Below, one piece after another: positions 55,465 through 64,000 of a DNA stretch of 64,000 nucleotides. The stretch covers positions 31,638 through 95,637 of the forward strand of contig CAXXFD010000004.1 of NCBI GenBank assembly GCA_963662905.2. Direction: 5' to 3'. The first letter of the stretch is position 1, and each line of letters opens with the position of its first letter. The position numbers were made by a program, and so were the translations under genes. The notes beneath the pieces are model-generated. The model was not told where the DNA came from and did not search any database. It worked only from the letters and a program-made list of their open reading frames with translations. The stretch comes from Bacteroidales bacterium (lineage in GTDB: Bacteria; Bacteroidota; Bacteroidia; Bacteroidales; WRLA01).

Positions 55465-56429
55465 ATGACAAAGGTTCTTATTTATACAGAAATAAAAGAG
55501 GGACAATTTAAAAAATCAGTTTTTGAACTGGCTTCATTTGGTAAGTTATTAGCCGACAAGACTCAAAGGGAAGCTTATGCAGTTTGCTCCGGCAGACCCA
55601 ATGAGGATGCGGTTCAACAACTCAGCAAATACGGAATATCAAAATTATTTTTGTTGCCGAAAGAATTGTCGGACGATAATCGTTCTATGGCCTCAGCGCT
55701 TGACAAACTCGCATCAGTTATTGATGCAACAACCGTTCTTTTCCATAATGACAACACGGGAAAAGCAATTGCCCCGAGGCTTTCCATAAGGATGGACGCC
55801 GGTTTGCTTTCGGGCATAACCGACATTCCACTTTCTTTTGAACCGCTTACATTTAAAAGAGGGTTTACTCAGGGAAAGCTTTTGCACAGGTTCGTTTGGA
55901 CGCATCGAAAAATGTTATATTATTGAATATTAACGCATTTCAGGCGGTCGGAAATCCGGTGGCAATTGAAACCGAAGAATTTAACGAAATTTTTATTCCG
56001 CCATCAGGCAACGTTTTAAGCAAAGACGTTGTCTCCAACAAAGTACTCCTCACTGAAGCAGAAATTGTCATCAGCGGAGGACGGGGCATGAAAGGCTCTG
56101 AACACTGGTCGTACATTGAGGAACTGGCGGAAATACTGGGAGCAGCAACAGCATGTTCCCGCCCTGTGTCAGATGAAGGTTGGCGCCCGCATCATGAGCA
56201 TGTTGGCCAAACCGGAAAAATCATTGCACCAAACCTGTATATCGCCTGCGGTATTTCAGGAGCAATCCAGCATCTGGCCGGTGTTAACGGTTCAAAAGTT
56301 ATCGTCGCAATAAACAAAGACCCGGAAGCCCCTATTTTTGAAGCCGCAGATTACGGCATAGTGGGCGATGTCCACAAGGTACTTCCGGGCCTGATTGAAG
56401 CCGTTAAAGCCCAACAAACAGGAGGTTAA
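55465..56429 (+). pseudogene. etfA: electron transfer flavoprotein subunit alpha, interrupted by a 1-nt frameshift near 55855-55863
   Basis: The ORF track splits it into 55465..55926 and 55896..56429. The -1 frame reads KRVYSGKAFAQVRLDASKNVILLNINAF directly after ..PLSFEPLTF in frame 0. The C-terminal part has SGGRG.., [34 protein letters not shown]. Confidence 0.85.
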
Positions 56430-56468
56430 CTCCTGGTAAGTTTTCCATTTCTTTCCCTTTATTCACGA

Positions 56469-56509
56469 GCCCCCTTCCATTAGCCACGGAAGTGGGCTTT
56501 CTTTTTTTT
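56469..56509 (+). terminator. rho-independent terminator after etfA
   Basis: GCCCCCTTCC..loop..GGAAGTGGGC followed by TTTCTTTTTTTT. Confidence 0.7.
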
Positions 56510-56524
56510 CGGAAATTCCAACCC

Positions 56525-56550
56525 ACAAAAAAAGGAGCTTGTCAGGCTCC
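56525..56550 (-). terminator. minus-strand rho-independent terminator (GGAGC-N7-GCTCC plus U7), now separated from the upstream minus-strand gene by the MITE
   Basis: On the minus strand the sequence reads GGAGCCTGACAAGCTCC followed by TTTTTTT. Confidence 0.6.
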
Positions 56551-56571
56551 TCTCATTCAAATTTATATTTT

Positions 56572-56924
56572 TAGAGGTCAATAGATAAATACATAGTTTA
56601 ATAACACTCTTTTATTAATAGACTTCTCCTCTACCGAAGCTTCGGTATCGTCGAAATGACTTTTTAATCAGTTATTTAGGCAAAGGCAGCTTACGGTCAC
56701 TGAGCGTCCTGTGGTGAGCGTCCTGTGCTGAGCGAAGCCGAAGTAAGCCGAACCAAGTCGAAGTGCGCTGCCTTTGACTCTTGAAACCACGAAAAGGTCA
56801 TTTCGATGCCGAAACTTCGGCAGTGAAATCTAATCCATATAATTCACTTAATATCAGGTTATTGTAAATTGAAATCATTTTCAATAAAAGCTCATCTTGA
56901 TATGCGCTTACCTACTGACCTCTA
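56572..56924. mobile_element. 353-bp MITE-like non-autonomous element (13-bp TIRs, 8-bp TSD, long internal hairpin, no ORF)
   Basis: The left TIR TAGAGGTCAATAG (56572..56584) matches the reverse complement of 56912..56924, TAGAGGTCAGTAG, at 12/13 positions. An exact direct repeat TATATTTT sits at 56564..56571 and 56925..56932. Internal arms 56631..56665 and 56791..56825 are complementary. Confidence 0.8.
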
Positions 56925-56941
56925 TATATTTTTTCAGGCAG

Positions 56942-57793
56942 TTAAACAGTTTTCTTCAAAGCAGTTAATAAATCACTATGTTGAAACTCAAAACCCTCAC
57001 GTGTTAAGCGAAGCGGAAAAACCCGCTGTCCTTTTAACAAAACCGAAGCGGCTTTACCATAGATAAACTTCAAGGCAAAAGCAGGAACGGTCATAAATGC
57101 CGGACGGTTGAGGGCTTCGGCCAAGGCTTTTGTGAACTGCTGGTTATCTGCATATTGCGGCGCCACCATATTATAAACACCTTTCACGTCACTATTTTCC
57201 AGAGCCCAGGTATAGGCTGCCACAACATCATCCACATGAACCCAGGGAAAATCCTGTTTTCCATCGCCCAGTTTACCGCCCAGCCCCAAACGAAATGGCA
57301 GGATCATTTTCTTCAAGGCCCCGCCCCTGCCCAATACAAGACCCAGCCGAAAAATCACCAGGCGCGTTTCCTCTTCGATGGATTTTGCTGCATTTTCCCA
57401 ATCCATGCACACTTTAGCAAGAAAACCGCGGGCAAAAGCAGGATTATCTTCCGTGTTTTTTCGGTTTTCCTTATAAATCCCAACAGCAGAAGTCGAGATA
57501 AAAATACCCGGTTTTCCGTTTTCCATCCTTTTGATGGCATCGGCAAGCCTCTGGGTTGAATCAACGCGGCTGCTGTAAATCCGCTCCTTGTTCTTTTTTG
57601 TCCAACGCTTAATAATCGGATATCCACCCAGATGGATCACAGCATCTTTATTTTGTAATCGTGAAATGATATATGAAGTAGGCCGGCCAAAATCCTGATG
57701 TTTGAAAACACTTACTTTATGGCCTCTTTGCCTGAGATTTTCTTTTAATCTGCTTCCGATAAAACCGGAAGCCCCGCTTAATAATATTTCCAT
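56942..57793 (-). CDS. TIGR01777/YfcH-type NAD-dependent epimerase family protein (SDR with a DUF1731 C-terminus)
   Basis: MEILLSGASGFIGSRL Rossmann motif; 283 aa. Confidence 0.8.
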   Translation of the reverse strand: MEILLSGASGFIGSRLKENLRQRGHKVSVFKHQDFGRPTSYIISRLQNKDAVIHLGGYPIIKRWTKKNKERIYSSRVDSTQRLADAIKRMENGKPGIFISTSAVGIYKENRKNTEDNPAFARGFLAKVCMDWENAAKSIEEETRLVIFRLGLVLGRGGALKKMILPFRLGLGGKLGDGKQDFPWVHVDDVVAAYTWALENSDVKGVYNMVAPQYADNQQFTKALAEALNRPAFMTVPAFALKFIYGKAASVLLKGQRVFPLRLTREGFEFQHSDLLTALKKTV

Positions 57794-57917
57794 TACCAAT
57801 TTTTTTTGCAAGGTACAAAATATAATCCCAAAGCTATTGTTATTCCATTAACAAAGCGCTTTGTTAATTCATTCACAATAAATCCACAGGAAATATTCCT
57901 GTTCGGAAATTTAATTG

Positions 57918-57925
57918 TAATTTTG
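57918..57925 (+). promoter_or_regulatory. -7 promoter box TAATTTTG upstream of mutA
   Basis: TAnnTTTG match 70 nt upstream of the ATG at 57995. Confidence 0.5.
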
Positions 57926-57994
57926 CAGCGCCAAAAGCAAAACGTTGGTATTGAGGAGTTAAAAATTAATGAGTCTAAATAAACCCTTAGAAAA

Positions 57995-59890
57995 ATGGAT
58001 CAGAAAGATTCAAAAAAATTAAACGAGAATTTATTTTCTGAATTTCCCCCAATCAGTACTGAAGAGTGGAAACAGAAGATAGAAAAAGACCTGAAAGGTG
58101 CTGATTTCGAGAAAAAACTCGTCTGGCGCACAATCGAAGGTTTTAAAACACAGCCTTATTACAGAAGCGAAGACATTGAATCGCTTGCCACAAAGGACAG
58201 CCTGCCCGGCGAATATCCTTTTGTACGTGGCGACAAAGTGAAGCAAAACGATTGGTTTATCCGTCAGGATATCCGCATTGATGATGCAAAAGCGGCCAAC
58301 AAAAAAGCCCTGGGCATCCTGATGCGCGGAATTGATTCGCTCGGTTTTGTACTTTGCGGAAAGGAAATCAGTAAAGAAGAATTTTCTCAATTACTTGAGG
58401 GCATCAGCCTGGAAAGTATTGAAACCAACTTTTCCGGATGCAAAGAATCGGTAAAAATCCTTGAACTTCTGACTGCGCTGATTGCAGAACGCAAAGAAAA
58501 TCCTGCATCTGTAAAAGGAGCCATCGAATTTGACCCTATGAAGCTTTTTGCGCTCAAAGGAAAATTCGACAAAGGAATGGAGGCGGCTTTTGCCACTGCA
58601 AAGGAATTAATTGAAAAAAGCAGAGATCTGCCGGTTTTCCGCACGTTGATGGTTGATGGAAGCATTTTCCACAATTCCGGTTCTGATATTTCACAGGAAC
58701 TGGCATTCAATCTGGCTGCCGGAGTTGAATATCTGAGCAAACTGAATGAAGCCGGCCTTGAGGCTGCTGAAATTTCAAAAAACCTGAAATTCAATTTTGC
58801 TGTTGGTTCCAACTATTTCATGGAAATTGCCAAACTTCGCGCTGCACGCATGCTTTGGGCAAAAATCGTTAAAGCTTATGGTACTGCAGATGAAAAAGCC
58901 TGCCAAATGGAAATCCATTCGGTAAACAGCAGCTGGAACAAGACCCTATTCGATCCATACGTGAATATGCTCCGCACAACAACAGAAGCCATGTCGGCAT
59001 CGCTGGCCGGGACAAACAGTATGACTGTTCTGCCATTCAATGCCATTTATGAGCAACCGACTGAATTCAGTGAGCGCATTGCACGTAACCAACAGCTTCT
59101 GCTGAAAGAAGAATCACATTTCAACAAAGTTGTTGATCCTGCTGCCGGATCGTATTATATTGAAACCTTAACGGATCAGATCGCCGAAAGCGCATGGAAA
59201 CTTTTCCTCGAAGTAGAAGACAAAGGCGGATATCTGGCTGCACTGAAAGAAGGTTTCATTCAGGCGTGCATTAAAGAAACCGCCAACACACGCGACCATA
59301 ATATCGCAACAAGGCGCCAGGTTATTTTGGGTTCAAACCAATATCCAAATATCACGGAAACAATTCAAAAAGAGGTAGAAGAAAGCATCCTGAAGCCGAT
59401 GGACTGTAGTGCCGATGATGCTGAAATTGAAACGCTCAAGCCATACCGTGGGGCGATTGCTTTTGAAAAGATGCGCCTGGCAACTGAAAAATTTGCCAAA
59501 GAAAATCATCGTCCAAAAGCTTTTATGCTCACAATGGGCAACCTGGCCATGCGCCGTGCCCGTGCTCAGTTCAGCACCAACTTCTTTGGTTGTGCCGGAT
59601 TTGAAATCATCGACAACAACGGTTTCAAAACGGTTGATGACGCCCTGGAAGCTGCACGTGCAAAAAAAGCCGACGCATTGGTTATCTGTTCATCGGATGA
59701 TGAATATGCAGAAATTGCGCCCGAAATCATTGAAAAAGCCGGATCAGAATTCCTGCTGGTTTTGGCCGGATATCCGAAAGAGCTGGCAGAAAGCCTTCAG
59801 GAAAAAGGACTGAAGCATATGATCCACGTTAAATCAAATGTACTGGAAACATTAATAGCATTCCAGAGAGAACTCAATATAATTGACTAA
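57995..59890 (+). CDS. mutA: methylmalonyl-CoA mutase small (beta) subunit
   Basis: 631 aa. Mutase-fold motifs [22 protein letters not shown] and DPAAGSYYIE. The C-terminal domain lacks a clear DxHxxG B12-binding motif, as expected for the small subunit. Confidence 0.85.
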   Translation: MDQKDSKKLNENLFSEFPPISTEEWKQKIEKDLKGADFEKKLVWRTIEGFKTQPYYRSEDIESLATKDSLPGEYPFVRGDKVKQNDWFIRQDIRIDDAKAANKKALGILMRGIDSLGFVLCGKEISKEEFSQLLEGISLESIETNFSGCKESVKILELLTALIAERKENPASVKGAIEFDPMKLFALKGKFDKGMEAAFATAKELIEKSRDLPVFRTLMVDGSIFHNSGSDISQELAFNLAAGVEYLSKLNEAGLEAAEISKNLKFNFAVGSNYFMEIAKLRAARMLWAKIVKAYGTADEKACQMEIHSVNSSWNKTLFDPYVNMLRTTTEAMSASLAGTNSMTVLPFNAIYEQPTEFSERIARNQQLLLKEESHFNKVVDPAAGSYYIETLTDQIAESAWKLFLEVEDKGGYLAALKEGFIQACIKETANTRDHNIATRRQVILGSNQYPNITETIQKEVEESILKPMDCSADDAEIETLKPYRGAIAFEKMRLATEKFAKENHRPKAFMLTMGNLAMRRARAQFSTNFFGCAGFEIIDNNGFKTVDDALEAARAKKADALVICSSDDEYAEIAPEIIEKAGSEFLLVLAGYPKELAESLQEKGLKHMIHVKSNVLETLIAFQRELNIID

Positions 59891-59896
59891 AGCCTT

Positions 59897-61171
59897 ATGG
59901 AGACAAGTTTAGGAATTGACGTTCGTTCAGAAATCGGTGAACTCGAAGGGGTCATTCTCCACCGTCCGGGTCCGGAGGTGGAAAACATGACACCAAAAAA
60001 CGCCGAACGTGCGCTTTACAGCGACATTCTGAACCTCGCCGTTGCAGAACAGGAATATAATCAGCTGGACGGTGTGCTGTCGAAGCTGACAAAAACCTTT
60101 TATGTTAAAGATTTGCTCACTAAAGTCCTTGAAAACGACAAAGTAAAAAGCAGTCTTATTGCAAAAATCTGCAAGCATGAATTTGAAGGCGACATCAACT
60201 GTATGTTTGATGAGCTGATGGCGCTTCAGCCCGAAATGCTGTCAAAAAGCCTGATTGAAGGAGTTGAACTAAAGCGCGACAACCTGACCCGTTTCCTGAG
60301 CAAGGAACGCTACAGCCTGCGCCCGCTTCACAATTTCTTCTATATGCGCGACGCGTCCATTTCTTTTCACGACCGGGTCATCATCGGCCGAATGGCCAAT
60401 AAAGTCCGTGAACGCGAGGCCATGATCATGGAATCTATTTTCGACTTCCATCCCGGGCTGCTCACCCAAACCATTGGAAGCTCCACAGGCGCCCCGGATT
60501 CACTGGTCAAATATGAAGGCGGTGATATCCTTATTGCCCGCGATGATATTATGCTCATCGGTGAAGGCCCCAGGACATCCAGCCAGGGCGTTGACCTGAT
60601 CCTTGAAAACATCAAGGCACGCAATGGCAATATGCACCTGATTATTCAGGAACTTCCCTACAAACCGGAATCATTTATCCATTTGGACATGGCGTTCACT
60701 TTCCTGGATCGTGATAAGTGCATGATATTTGAACCGCTCATCCTCAGTTCCAGCCGCTTCCTCACAATCCATATCACTGTTGAAAATGGTGAAGTAGTGA
60801 ATATCCGTGAAGAGAAAAACATCCTCAGCGCCTTAAAAAAACTGGGGATGGACCTGGAACCGGTTTGTTGTGGTGGCACAAAAGACCTCTATATTCAGGA
60901 ACGCGAACAATGGCACAGCGGAACCAATTTCTTTGCTGTTGCTCCCGGAAAGGTAATTGGTTATGGCAGAAATGTACATACCATTGAAGAACTTAACAAG
61001 CACGGGTTCAGCGTATTGCCTGCAACAGAAATCCTTAGCGGAAAAATAAACCCTGAGGATTATACCGATAATAAATATGTAATTACCATCGATGGCTCTG
61101 AATTATCGCGTGGTGGTGGCGGTGCACGCTGCATGACCATGCCGATACGAAGGAAATCAGTAGATTGGTAA
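59897..61171 (+). CDS. arginine deiminase family protein (guanidino-group-modifying enzyme fold)
   Basis: 424 aa. SEIGELEGVILHRPG, FYMRDA, EGGDIL, IHLDMAF, and the C-terminal GGGGARCMTMP (catalytic Cys context). Confidence 0.75.
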   Translation: METSLGIDVRSEIGELEGVILHRPGPEVENMTPKNAERALYSDILNLAVAEQEYNQLDGVLSKLTKTFYVKDLLTKVLENDKVKSSLIAKICKHEFEGDINCMFDELMALQPEMLSKSLIEGVELKRDNLTRFLSKERYSLRPLHNFFYMRDASISFHDRVIIGRMANKVREREAMIMESIFDFHPGLLTQTIGSSTGAPDSLVKYEGGDILIARDDIMLIGEGPRTSSQGVDLILENIKARNGNMHLIIQELPYKPESFIHLDMAFTFLDRDKCMIFEPLILSSSRFLTIHITVENGEVVNIREEKNILSALKKLGMDLEPVCCGGTKDLYIQEREQWHSGTNFFAVAPGKVIGYGRNVHTIEELNKHGFSVLPATEILSGKINPEDYTDNKYVITIDGSELSRGGGGARCMTMPIRRKSVDW

Positions 61172-61209
61172 TCGGATTAGAATTTCAAATGAATCAAAAA
61201 TAAAACACA

Positions 61210-63360
61210 ATGAAGCCGAATTTCAAAGATATTAATTTCAGGTCTGCCCCAAAGCAAAGCATGGGCGATCAGGAATGGGAGAAGGCTAACAACATCAAAA
61301 AGGATTGGTTGACGCCGGAAAACATCCCGGTAAAACCTGTTTACACGAAAAGCGACCTCAAAGGTTTGGAACACCTGAATTATGCTGCAGGGATTCCACC
61401 TTATCTGCGCGGCCCATACTCAGCCATGTACGCGATGCGTCCGTGGACTGTAAGGCAGTATGCAGGATTTTCGACTGCTGAAGAATCCAACGCTTTCTAC
61501 CGCCGCAACCTGGCAGCAGGTCAAAAAGGACTTTCCATTGCCTTCGACCTTGCCACGCACCGCGGTTACGATTCCGACCACCCCAGGGTTGTTGGCGATG
61601 TAGGAAAAGCCGGTGTGGCCGTTGATTCCATCCTTGATATGGAAATCCTTTTCGATCAGATTCCTCTCGATAAAATGTCCGTTTCAATGACGATGAACGG
61701 CGCAGTACTTCCCGTACTTGCCTTTTATATTGTTGCCGGACTGGAGCAGGGCGCTACACTTGACCAGCTTTCCGGAACGATCCAGAACGACATCCTGAAG
61801 GAATTTATGGTGCGCAACACATATATTTATCCTCCGCTCCCATCGATGAAAATCATTGCCGACATCTTCGAATACACTTCGAAGAACATGCCGCGTTTCA
61901 ATTCCATCTCCATCTCAGGTTACCACATGCAGGAAGCCGGCGCAACAGCTGATATTGAGCTGGCGTACACGCTCTGCGATGGTTTGGAATATCTTCGTGC
62001 CGGCACGAATGCCGGAATGGACATTGATTCTTTCGCTCCCCGTCTTTCCTTTTTCTGGGCCATCGGCATGAACCACTTTATGGAAATCGCCAAAATGCGT
62101 GCTGCACGTATGCTTTGGGCAAAAATCGTGAAGCAGTTCAACCCGAAAAACCCGAAATCGCTGGCATTGCGTACACATAGCCAAACATCCGGATGGAGCT
62201 TAACCGAGCAGGATCCTTTTAACAATGTAGGCCGTACCTGTATCGAAGCAATGGCCGCTGCACTGGGTCATACACAGTCGCTGCACACCAATGCACTTGA
62301 CGAAGCGATTGCACTGCCAACTGATTTCTCTGCACGTATTGCACGAAACACACAGATTTACCTGCAGGAAGAAACCAATATCTGCCGCGGTGTTGATCCA
62401 TGGGCCGGATCATATTATGTTGAATCGCTCACCAAAGAGATTGCCGATAAAGCATGGGAACACATCCAGGAAATTGAAAAACTTGGTGGTATGGCCAAAG
62501 CGATTGAAACCGGTGTGCCCAAAATGCGCATCGAAGAAGCTTCGGCACGTACACAGGCACGTATCGATTCCAATAAGCAAACGATTGTGGGCACCAATAA
62601 ATACCGTCTTGAAAAAGAAGACCCGATCGAAACCCTGGAAGTTGACAATACTGCCGTGCTGAAAGCCCAGATCGACCGCCTCAAAAAGCTGCGCGAAAAC
62701 CGCAACAATGAGGAAGTTAAGGAAGCCCTTGAAGCCATTACCAAAGCAATGGAAACCGGCGAAGGCAACCTTCTGGAGCTTTCTGTTGATGCTGCAAAGA
62801 AAAGGGCAAGCCTCGGAGAGATTTCCGATGCCATTGAAAAAGTTGTTGGACGTTATAAAGCCGTTATCCGTTCCGTGTCAGGAGTATATTCATCAGAATC
62901 AAAGAACAGCGAAAGCTTTGAAAAAGCAAAGGAACTGGCCGACAAATTCGCTGAAAAAGAAGGCCGCCGCCCCCGCATCATGATTGCCAAGATGGGACAG
63001 GACGGGCACGACCGTGGCCAGAAAGTTGTTGCATCAGGTTATGCCGATATAGGCTTTGATGTGGATATCGGGCCTTTGTTCCAGACTCCGGAAGAAGCTG
63101 CACGCCAGGCTGTAGAAAATGATGTACACATCCTTGGAGTATCCAGCCTTGCTGCCGGACACAAAACACTTGTGCCCCAGGTTATTGAAGAACTCAAAAA
63201 ACTTGGCCGCGAAGATATTATGGTCATCGTTGGGGGCGTTATCCCGCCACAAGACTACGGCTTCCTGTTCGAATCCGGCGTTGATGCCGTATTTGGCCCC
63301 GGAAGCGTAATTTCAGATTGTGCTACTAAAATGCTCGAAATACTACTCGATCAAGACTAA
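61210..63360 (+). CDS. mutB: methylmalonyl-CoA mutase large (alpha) subunit
   Basis: 716 aa. [29 protein letters not shown]12-binding [13 protein letters not shown] (DxHxxG). Confidence 0.95.
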   Translation: MKPNFKDINFRSAPKQSMGDQEWEKANNIKKDWLTPENIPVKPVYTKSDLKGLEHLNYAAGIPPYLRGPYSAMYAMRPWTVRQYAGFSTAEESNAFYRRNLAAGQKGLSIAFDLATHRGYDSDHPRVVGDVGKAGVAVDSILDMEILFDQIPLDKMSVSMTMNGAVLPVLAFYIVAGLEQGATLDQLSGTIQNDILKEFMVRNTYIYPPLPSMKIIADIFEYTSKNMPRFNSISISGYHMQEAGATADIELAYTLCDGLEYLRAGTNAGMDIDSFAPRLSFFWAIGMNHFMEIAKMRAARMLWAKIVKQFNPKNPKSLALRTHSQTSGWSLTEQDPFNNVGRTCIEAMAAALGHTQSLHTNALDEAIALPTDFSARIARNTQIYLQEETNICRGVDPWAGSYYVESLTKEIADKAWEHIQEIEKLGGMAKAIETGVPKMRIEEASARTQARIDSNKQTIVGTNKYRLEKEDPIETLEVDNTAVLKAQIDRLKKLRENRNNEEVKEALEAITKAMETGEGNLLELSVDAAKKRASLGEISDAIEKVVGRYKAVIRSVSGVYSSESKNSESFEKAKELADKFAEKEGRRPRIMIAKMGQDGHDRGQKVVASGYADIGFDVDIGPLFQTPEEAARQAVENDVHILGVSSLAAGHKTLVPQVIEELKKLGREDIMVIVGGVIPPQDYGFLFESGVDAVFGPGSVISDCATKMLEILLDQD

Positions 63361-63370
63361 TTTTTGCTGG

Positions 63371-63408
63371 AAAGGTGCCCTTCGGGGCACTTTCTTTCTC
63401 TTTTTTTT
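63371..63408 (+). terminator. rho-independent terminator after mutB
   Basis: AAAGGTGCCC-TTCG-GGGCACTTTC followed by a T-rich run. Confidence 0.85.
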
Positions 63409-63427
63409 AAAATCCCAAACTATCATC

Positions 63428-64000
63428 ATGAAAAAATCAATCTTCCTCGCTGCTATCATCGCCCTGATGTTCAGCGCATGCAATTGCCCGGATAAAAACG
63501 AAAAAAACATGGAAAACCCATTTTTCGGAGAATTTGAAACACCCTTCCAAACTCCCGATTTCAGAATAATTGAAGAAGCCGACTTTGTTCCGGCCATTAC
63601 CGAAGGCATCAAAGTTCAAGACCAGGAAATCCAGGATATTATTGACAATAAGGCAAAGCCTGATTTTGAAAACACTGTTGCTGCACTCGATTATAGCGGA
63701 GAGCTACTCGAAAAAACCACGGCAGTTTTTTATAACCTGCTCGAAGCCAACACCAATGATCAGATGCAGGCCATTGCTAAAGAAATTGCACCTGTACTTT
63801 CATCGCATTCCGACAACATCAATATGAATGCAGCTCTTTTCGCCCGCATCAAGCAGGTTTATGACCAAAAAGAAAACGAAAAGCTCACTCCGGAACAGGA
63901 AATGCTGCTCGAAGAAACATATAAAGGTTTTGTTCGTGGCGGTGCCAACCTGAATGCAGAAGACAAAGAAAAGCTCAAGAAAATCAATGGTGAGCTCAGT
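63428..64000 (+). CDS. M3 family metallopeptidase (peptidyl-dipeptidase Dcp-like) lipoprotein, N-terminal 191 codons; continues beyond the window
   Basis: Not in the ORF track. My hand translation is MKKSIFLAAIIALMFSACN...ENPFFGEFETPFQTPDF..FVPAITEGI...PDFENTVAALDYSGELLEKTTAVFYNL...LFARIKQVY.., open to position 64000. Confidence 0.75.
   Translation, partial: MKKSIFLAAIIALMFSACNCPDKNEKNMENPFFGEFETPFQTPDFRIIEEADFVPAITEGIKVQDQEIQDIIDNKAKPDFENTVAALDYSGELLEKTTAVFYNLLEANTNDQMQAIAKEIAPVLSSHSDNINMNAALFARIKQVYDQKENEKLTPEQEMLLEETYKGFVRGGANLNAEDKEKLKKINGELS

Noticed and set aside
55852-55866. Possible programmed -1 ribosomal frameshift in etfA
   Set aside because: The zero-frame context ACA TTT AAA AGA does not form an X XXY YYZ slippery heptamer, and the -1 frame has a TAA at 55854..55856 just before the junction. 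No downstream pseudoknot-like structure is obvious. A homopolymer indel is the simpler explanation.
56869-57066. 65-aa plus-strand ORF starting inside the MITE and running into the epimerase 3' end
   Set aside because: It begins in non-coding repeat sequence, overlaps the well-supported minus-strand epimerase gene and has no features of a real protein.
57926-57994. Cobalamin riboswitch expected upstream of the B12-dependent mutase operon
   Set aside because: The leader downstream of the -7 box is only about 65 nt. I could not find a B12-box-like core there, and mutase operons are not usual riboswitch targets.
58821-58873. Near-identical ~50-nt stretch shared with 62080..62132, which could look like a dispersed repeat
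   Set aside because: Both stretches encode MEIAK(L/M)[12 protein letters not shown] in the homologous mutase-fold domains of MutA and MutB. This is paralogy between the two subunits, not a repeat element.

Overview
The window reads as a chromosomal segment of a Bacteroidota bacterium. This is an inference from two proteins with T9SS C-terminal sorting domains, gldH, a type III glutamine synthetase, a MurF-Alr fusion, and TAnnTTTG '-7' promoter boxes in front of most transcription units. I call about 57 protein-coding genes and see no rRNA, tRNA or CRISPR array. Most genes are housekeeping: glnN, ispE, kdsB, trmB, lepA, holB, gldH, PBP1A, murF-alr, pdxA, pepA, an acyl-CoA dehydrogenase with etfBA, and mutA/mutB. 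The unusual parts are listed here. (1) An AT-rich trio of homologous outer-membrane beta-barrel proteins lies at 6846-10901; two of them have a shared N-terminal module plus a disordered linker. (2) A single AAA+/DUF4143 ATPase gene is bracketed by two copies of a 41-bp palindromic sequence (31995-33392). (3) A 353-bp MITE-like element with 13-bp terminal inverted repeats and an exact 8-bp target-site duplication sits at 56572-56924, between a gene and its terminator. (4) etfA is split by a 1-nt frameshift in a homopolymer run. (5) An arginine-deiminase-fold gene sits between mutA and mutB. (6) A His/Cys-rich small protein is paired with a His-rich TonB-dependent receptor. (7) Two ECF sigma / anti-sigma modules each end in a beta-helix-type exported protein. 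No complete, obviously novel multi-gene system such as a defence island can be demonstrated by eye; items 1 and 2 are the best candidates. All product calls come from motif recognition in the translations, and no searches were run. Two edge genes (1..1001 minus, 63428..64000 plus) are absent from the supplied ORF track and were translated by hand. Several ORF-track starts were trimmed to the first plausible ATG after a promoter box or signal peptide.
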